Shown here one piece after another: positions 15,760-20,179 of a DNA stretch of 20,179 nucleotides. The first letter of the stretch is position 1. Every line of letters starts with the position of its first letter. The stretch is from Candidatus Iainarchaeum sp. (GTDB taxonomy: Archaea; Iainarchaeota; Iainarchaeia; Iainarchaeales; CSSED10-239), in NCBI GenBank assembly GCA_003559395.1, contig PWLL01000070.1, forward strand, positions 1 to 20,179, given 5' to 3'. The notes below the pieces were generated by a model. It was not told the origin of the DNA, did no database searches, and saw nothing but the letters and a program-made list of their open reading frames with translations. The translations under genes were made by a program, and so were the position numbers.

Positions 15760-17586
15760 CTATTTTTTGTGTTTTATAACGTTTGTTGCATATAACAAAA
15801 CAATTATCAAACAAACTAAGATAAGACCTAACAAAGCAGAATGACCTAATGTGAAAAAACCTGTAAGGGGGGTTGGTTTTTTAGGTGTTTCTTCTATTAG
15901 ATCTACATCAACAATACTTATTTTAAGAGGTCTTGTAAGTTGTCCACCATCTCTTGAAATAAAAACAAGCTCTGCATTAATTTCTTGTTTTGGAATATCT
16001 TCTGAAATTATTTTTCCTAAAATTGTAACTTGTTCTAAACTAGAAACTAATATGTTTGTTGGTAGGTCATAAGATATGTTTGCAGGCAAATTTCTAATTT
16101 CTATTCTTTCAAGATAAATATCTTTATCAGAAAAGTTTTCTAGAATAATCTCAAAATCTTTTTCTCTTTGTGGTAACAAATCAAGTTCTGTTGGAATTGA
16201 TAGGATGGTAAATGGCATTGATGGTCTTTCTCTAAAAGTATTTACTTTTACTTCAAAAGTTTCTGAAAAATCACTTCTATGGCCTATAATTCTTACCAAC
16301 AAGTCTGTTGTTCTTTCTTGTGTTTCTGAACCAGCTGAAAGGCTCACAGTCACATATGCTGTTTTGTCTGGGTTTACTCTTATTGTTTCTGTTGATAATT
16401 CTAATTGTATATCATTTCCAACACTTGCAAGAATATCAAAGTCTTCAGCAATGTCTCCATAGTTTTGTAACAACAAAGTCACTTCTTCAACAGATCCTAT
16501 TTTTAATGATACATTTTGTTGTAACATTCTTGCAGAGATATTATATTCTGGATTTAAGATGATTCTTTGTTTTTTCAAAATAGAATCAAAGCCATCAAAA
16601 AAAGAAAGATTAGAATCATAGTTTCCTGAAGAAACTTCTAAATCTGAAAAGAAAGTAACTTCTACTTCTTTTGATTCTTTTGGATCTAAGATTATTTCTC
16701 TATTTTCAATAGTTACATCTATTTCTGAGTCTGAAAATTCTGCAATATATATGTTTTTTTTAAAATTAGAAAGGTTTGTAACATTATATGTAAGTGTTTT
16801 TGGTTCTTCTTTATATAAAACAATAGACTCATATGAAGGTCTTGAAACACTAAACTCAATAGGTTCAGTTAAATCTTCTGTAAAATAAAATGAAATTTCT
16901 TTAATAATAAGTGAGTCATCACTTTCGATTCTGACTTCTACTTTCTCTGAGCCTAAAGATGTTTCAGAATCTACAAAAGCAGAAACATAGATATCTTGTT
17001 CTTCTTTGTTATAATATTTTGGGTTTGGTTCTTTTAGTTTCAGATCTATGGTTTGTGTTCTAAAGCTTATTTTATAAATATCTGATTGGTATTTGTTATC
17101 TATCTCTAAAACAACTTCGTTTGATTTTCCAATATATAGATTTCTGTTTTTTGGTTCTATTGTAAAGTCTCCTCTTGTGTTGTCTCTATCTATATTTATT
17201 TTTTGAGTAAATTCTTTTTTTTGATTATCTTTAACAACAACAAATTCTAAATCTTCTGTTCCATAGTCGTGTCCTTTAACCATTATCGTTCTTTCTATTG
17301 TTGTTCCATTTCCACTAATTTTTATATTTTCTGAATAATTACATCTTATATCTTCTTGACAATCTGCATAAACGTATAGATCTAATTGATCATCATTATT
17401 ATTAGTTAGTTTGTATGTTACACCTATTGATCTACCTCTATCAACTGCATAATAATCTTTTTCAAAAACAACGTCTATATTATCTAAAAGTTCTGTATCT
17501 GTTGATTCTGCATTTATGTTTTGTGTATTTAAAAATAAGATTATTAATAATATTCCTAAAACTACATACAATAATTTTTGTTTCAT
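15760..17586 (-). CDS. secreted surface protein with about five Ig-like (CARDB/NEW3-like) repeats and a C-terminal TM anchor
   Basis: Track start 17598 is TTG. ATG 17586 gives MKQKLLYVVLGILLIILFLNTQNINA, a signal peptide. About five beta-rich modules of roughly 100 aa follow. The C-terminus is PKKPTPLTGFFTLGHSALLGLILVCLIIVLLYATNVIKHKK. Confidence 0.8.
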   Translation of the reverse strand: MKQKLLYVVLGILLIILFLNTQNINAESTDTELLDNIDVVFEKDYYAVDRGRSIGVTYKLTNNNDDQLDLYVYADCQEDIRCNYSENIKISGNGTTIERTIMVKGHDYGTEDLEFVVVKDNQKKEFTQKINIDRDNTRGDFTIEPKNRNLYIGKSNEVVLEIDNKYQSDIYKISFRTQTIDLKLKEPNPKYYNKEEQDIYVSAFVDSETSLGSEKVEVRIESDDSLIIKEISFYFTEDLTEPIEFSVSRPSYESIVLYKEEPKTLTYNVTNLSNFKKNIYIAEFSDSEIDVTIENREIILDPKESKEVEVTFFSDLEVSSGNYDSNLSFFDGFDSILKKQRIILNPEYNISARMLQQNVSLKIGSVEEVTLLLQNYGDIAEDFDILASVGNDIQLELSTETIRVNPDKTAYVTVSLSAGSETQERTTDLLVRIIGHRSDFSETFEVKVNTFRERPSMPFTILSIPTELDLLPQREKDFEIILENFSDKDIYLERIEIRNLPANISYDLPTNILVSSLEQVTILGKIISEDIPKQEINAELVFISRDGGQLTRPLKISIVDVDLIEETPKKPTPLTGFFTLGHSALLGLILVCLIIVLLYATNVIKHKK

Positions 17587-17590
17587 AAAA

Positions 17591-17594
17591 CACC
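17591..17594 (-). promoter_or_regulatory. Shine-Dalgarno GGTG for the 608-aa surface protein
   Basis: The minus strand reads GTGGTGTTTTATG, with GGTG 4 nt before ATG 17586. The TTG used by the ORF track immediately precedes, and by one base overlaps, this GTGGTG motif. Confidence 0.45.
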
Positions 17595-17707
17595 ACAATT
17601 TATTTTTTAACTAACAAAAGTTATTCTTTTGTTATAATTACTTATAGAAGAGATAACTATATAAAAGAAACCCTTTGTAACTTAAAGAAGTTATCTTTAT
17701 ATACTTC

Positions 17708-18553
17708 TTATTTATTATATACAAACTTTATATATTTAGTTGTAAAAGACAAGATAAGCAATATCAAAACAATCACTAAAAATATTTGAAATATAAGAGA
17801 ATCGAATATGTTTTCTACTGATCCAAGAATAACCATACCAAAAGTGATTTGTTCTTCTTTAGGTTCTTCTTCTGTTATCTTTTGTGCATGTATTTCTTTT
17901 GATGTTAAAGAAAAGTCATAGCATCCATATACAAGATACACGTAGTCTTGTGTTTTGTTTTCATCTAGATTAAAGATGTAACTTAACCAAAGGTTATCTT
18001 CTGCTGAAAGTGTATGTTCTTGTTCTATAGTTTTTAGGATATTATTATTTGTATCTACGATTTCTTTTATAAATAAGTTTTCTTCTCTATCTTTATTATT
18101 GTTTATTTTTATATCTAATATAAAGTTTTCTTCTGTTCTATCATAATTAACATAATGTTCTTCAATAACGATTGAGCAATCTATGTTTTTTTCTTGAACA
18201 ATTGTTAATGAAAGGTTTCTTTTGTAGTTTTCAGAAGTAATTTCTATTGTTGTTCTATAGACGTTTGCTAGTGATTTTTCTAAAGGCTTTATGGTTATGG
18301 TTGTTGTTTTTGATGCGTTTGGTTGTAGAGAAAAATAAGGGTTTTCTATATATGAGATAAAAGGAGCAGTATAAGCTGTAATATCGAAATATCTTAAAGT
18401 TGATGAGTTGTTGATTATTGTTAGGTCTATAGTTTTGTCTTGATCTTTAAGGTTTATTGTTTCTTGCATGGATATCTCTATATCTTGTGCATAGATTACG
18501 TTTATGTTTATTATTAGAAAAAACGCCAAAACATATAATATTTTATAATTCAT
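17708..18553 (-). CDS. secreted surface protein with two Ig-like modules and a C-terminal TM anchor
   Basis: Signal peptide MNYKILYVLAFFLIININVIYA. Beta-rich modules include IDLTIINNSSTLRYFDITAY...QPNASKTTTITIKP. An acidic linker EEEPKEEQ is followed by a hydrophobic C-terminal helix and a basic tail. Confidence 0.75.
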   Translation of the reverse strand: MNYKILYVLAFFLIININVIYAQDIEISMQETINLKDQDKTIDLTIINNSSTLRYFDITAYTAPFISYIENPYFSLQPNASKTTTITIKPLEKSLANVYRTTIEITSENYKRNLSLTIVQEKNIDCSIVIEEHYVNYDRTEENFILDIKINNNKDREENLFIKEIVDTNNNILKTIEQEHTLSAEDNLWLSYIFNLDENKTQDYVYLVYGCYDFSLTSKEIHAQKITEEEPKEEQITFGMVILGSVENIFDSLIFQIFLVIVLILLILSFTTKYIKFVYNK

Positions 18554-18685
18554 AACAAATCTTTTTTAGAAATTATTTTATTAACCACACGAGTTAATTT
18601 TTTAACACGTCTTAGTTACAAAAGATATAGAATAGAAAAGTTTATAAAAGCAGATGTTTCTTTTTGTTCTTAAAAATATAGACAT

Positions 18686-19798
18686 TTATGCTTTTTCTAA
18701 GTCAAATAGTTCTTTTATTTCATCTTCAGTAAGAACTCTGTTATAAATACGATGACCATCACTTAAACCATCCAAATATCTACCATTATCAAAACCTCTT
18801 CCAAAAGAAAGATCATGATTTGATTCTCCTGAAAATATAACGTTTGTGTGTATATTTTTTAAATTGCCATTCATATAAGTATAAACAACGCCGTCATCAA
18901 AAACGATTGTAAAAAAGAGCCATTTGTTTAAGTTTTCTAAACCAATTGTAAAAGAATTCCAAAAACTATCTCCTATTGCAGTTCTAAAACTTCCTGAATT
19001 ATTATTTGTTTGTACATACATTCTTGGTGTGTCTCCACTACCATGACTTCCTTCATTACTTCCAAAACTATAAAATTTATTCCAAAATACCCACGTGAAT
19101 TTTTGGTCTAAAAGATTTGCCCCTGGAAAAAAACTGGTTTCAACATAATTATTGTCGCCATCAAACTCCAAAGCGTATTTATTATTTTGTCTTGACTCTT
19201 TCCAAATAGGAGGTTTATTTTCTGGCAATAAATCACCGTGATTTTCATAAAAACTACTATCTTGAACAATCATTCCTTCTCCTTCATCAAACTTCCACCA
19301 ACCAACTAATCCACACCTAAAACTATCAATTTTCATTAGATTATTTTGTATCATATTTATTCTTATATATTTGTTATCTTCTGTAATAAGATTTACTTGA
19401 AATCTATTTTCAGGAAAACAATCTATTCTAAAATGATTTACTGAGTTTGAAGCTAAATAAATTGGTTCTTCTAAAGAATAAATCTTATCATTTAAAGAAT
19501 CAAAAGAAAGGTGATCTAAAGAAGGAATAATTTGGTAACCGATAATATTTGCATCTTCTGAAGGATGACTGTTTGCTAAAGTTACAAAGTTTCCAGAAAC
19601 TCCTTGAGAAGTAACAAAGCCAGTAAGATTAGATGTAGAAAAAAGGTCTTCTGTTTCTTTTGTTCTCTCTGTTAGAAAATCTGTTCCCCAGCCTAACAAA
19701 AGACCAATTAAAACAACTGCAATGACTATTAATAAAATACTTGCTATTAGTGGCGAAACTGTTTTTGTTCTAAAATTCTTTATTCTAAAATCAAACAT
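18686..19798 (-). CDS. archaeal type IV pilin-like protein (class III signal peptide) fused to a LamG/concanavalin-A-like lectin domain
   Basis: Track start 19810 is TTG. ATG 19798 gives MFDFRIKNFRTKT-VSPLIASILLIVIAVVLIGLLLGWG, the archaeal pilin N-terminal pattern. The C-terminal half (GLVGWWKFDEGEGMIVQDSS...ALEFDGDNNYVE...DGHRIYNRVLTEDEIKELF) fits the Laminin_G_3 pattern. Confidence 0.85.
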   Translation of the reverse strand: MFDFRIKNFRTKTVSPLIASILLIVIAVVLIGLLLGWGTDFLTERTKETEDLFSTSNLTGFVTSQGVSGNFVTLANSHPSEDANIIGYQIIPSLDHLSFDSLNDKIYSLEEPIYLASNSVNHFRIDCFPENRFQVNLITEDNKYIRINMIQNNLMKIDSFRCGLVGWWKFDEGEGMIVQDSSFYENHGDLLPENKPPIWKESRQNNKYALEFDGDNNYVETSFFPGANLLDQKFTWVFWNKFYSFGSNEGSHGSGDTPRMYVQTNNNSGSFRTAIGDSFWNSFTIGLENLNKWLFFTIVFDDGVVYTYMNGNLKNIHTNVIFSGESNHDLSFGRGFDNGRYLDGLSDGHRIYNRVLTEDEIKELFDLEKA

Positions 19799-19822
19799 AT
19801 ATACATACAATAGATAAAAAGA

Positions 19823-19830
19823 TATATAAA
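19823..19830 (-). promoter_or_regulatory. TATA box upstream of the pilin-like gene
   Basis: The minus strand reads TTTATATA, 25-32 nt upstream of ATG 19798, with no SD motif in between. This is consistent with a leaderless or near-leaderless transcript. Confidence 0.4.
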
Positions 19831-19911
19831 GATATTTTTAATAATAATTTGCTTAAAAAAACAACCATTTGTAATTTGTTAATATCAAAAATTATCAAAA
19901 AATAATCAAAA

Positions 19912-20179
19912 CTAAAGATTCAAACCAATCACAGAAGAATGTTCTTTTAAAGTTACACCTATAACTTGATCAGCACCATTTACTAAAAGGTTATTATGAG
20001 ATATTGAAATAATATTTGATCTTTTTGATAAATCTCTTATATAGTTTAATAGATTTTTAGAATTAAGATCATCTAAAGCAGCATCAACTTCATCAAGAAC
20101 ATAAAAAGAATATTTTTTATAAGCATTTATTGCAAAAATAAAAGCTAGTGCAGTAATTGCTTTTTCTCCACCTGACATA
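19912..20179 (-). CDS. smc: SMC chromosome segregation ATPase, C-terminal head fragment (truncated by window edge)
   Basis: ABC signature SGGEK, Walker B and D-loop FYVLDEVDAALD, and an H-loop-like ISISHN. The reading frame runs off the 3' end of the window, so the initial M in the track is internal. Confidence 0.9.
   Translation of the reverse strand, partial: MSGGEKAITALAFIFAINAYKKYSFYVLDEVDAALDDLNSKNLLNYIRDLSKRSNIISISHNNLLVNGADQVIGVTLKEHSSVIGLNL

Noticed and set aside
13364-16562. Shadow ORFs 13364..13576, 14308..14532, 14779..15078, 15851..16072, 16205..16462 and 16308..16562
   Set aside because: They are antisense or out of frame within the PNPOx-like gene, the 507-aa coiled-coil gene and the 608-aa surface protein gene. 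Their composition is low-complexity and they have no motifs.
17651-17696. An 8-bp inverted repeat AGATAACT...AGTTATCT with a 30-nt loop between the two surface protein genes
   Set aside because: The stem is short and AT-rich with a large loop. It is expected by chance at this composition and is not followed by a clear oligo-T tract on the transcribed strand.
18554-18685. A 132-bp gap upstream of the 281-aa surface protein gene containing TTAAC-N7-GTTAA, examined for a small RNA or regulatory element
   Set aside because: The stem is only 5 bp, and the region is otherwise plain AT-rich promoter-like DNA with several TATA-like strings. Nothing distinguishes it from background.

Overview
This window is strongly AT-rich and gene-dense (G+C not computed). 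It reads as archaeal. Evidence: an NMD3 homologue, a KH-less aCPSF-type beta-CASP RNase, an archaeal pilin-type (class III) signal peptide, TATA-like boxes about 25-32 nt upstream of several starts, and GGTG Shine-Dalgarno motifs. The composition and the many K/E/N-rich orphan proteins suggest a small-genome, DPANN-like archaeon, but that is inference only. I support 18 protein genes (one cut by the window edge) and one tRNA-Arg(CCU). In order they are: a divergent PHP-fold protein; a translationally coupled beta-CASP RNase and NMD3 pair; a same-strand transporter array (P-type Ca2+-type ATPase, GltP-family symporter, TrkH, TrkA); an AAA_14/DUF4143-type ATPase followed by a coiled-coil orphan; a basic, methyltransferase-like orphan; tRNA-Arg with a GC-rich 16-bp duplicated element in its 3' flank; a PNPOx-like flavoprotein; adenylate kinase followed by a 507-aa protein (UBA-like N-terminus, acidic linker, coiled coil); a three-gene cell-surface cluster (two signal-peptide, Ig-like-repeat, C-terminally anchored proteins plus a pilin-like LamG lectin-fold protein); and the 3' end of smc. 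I saw no CRISPR array, transposase, integrase, rRNA or recognisable named defence system. The best candidates for something new are the surface/adhesion cluster, the possibly leaderless tRNA with structured repeats in its 3' trailer, and two ATPase/coiled-coil or kinase/coiled-coil orphan pairings. All family calls rest on motif recognition by eye, with no searches run. Several ORF-track starts are TTG or GTG, and I moved them to the nearest ATG.
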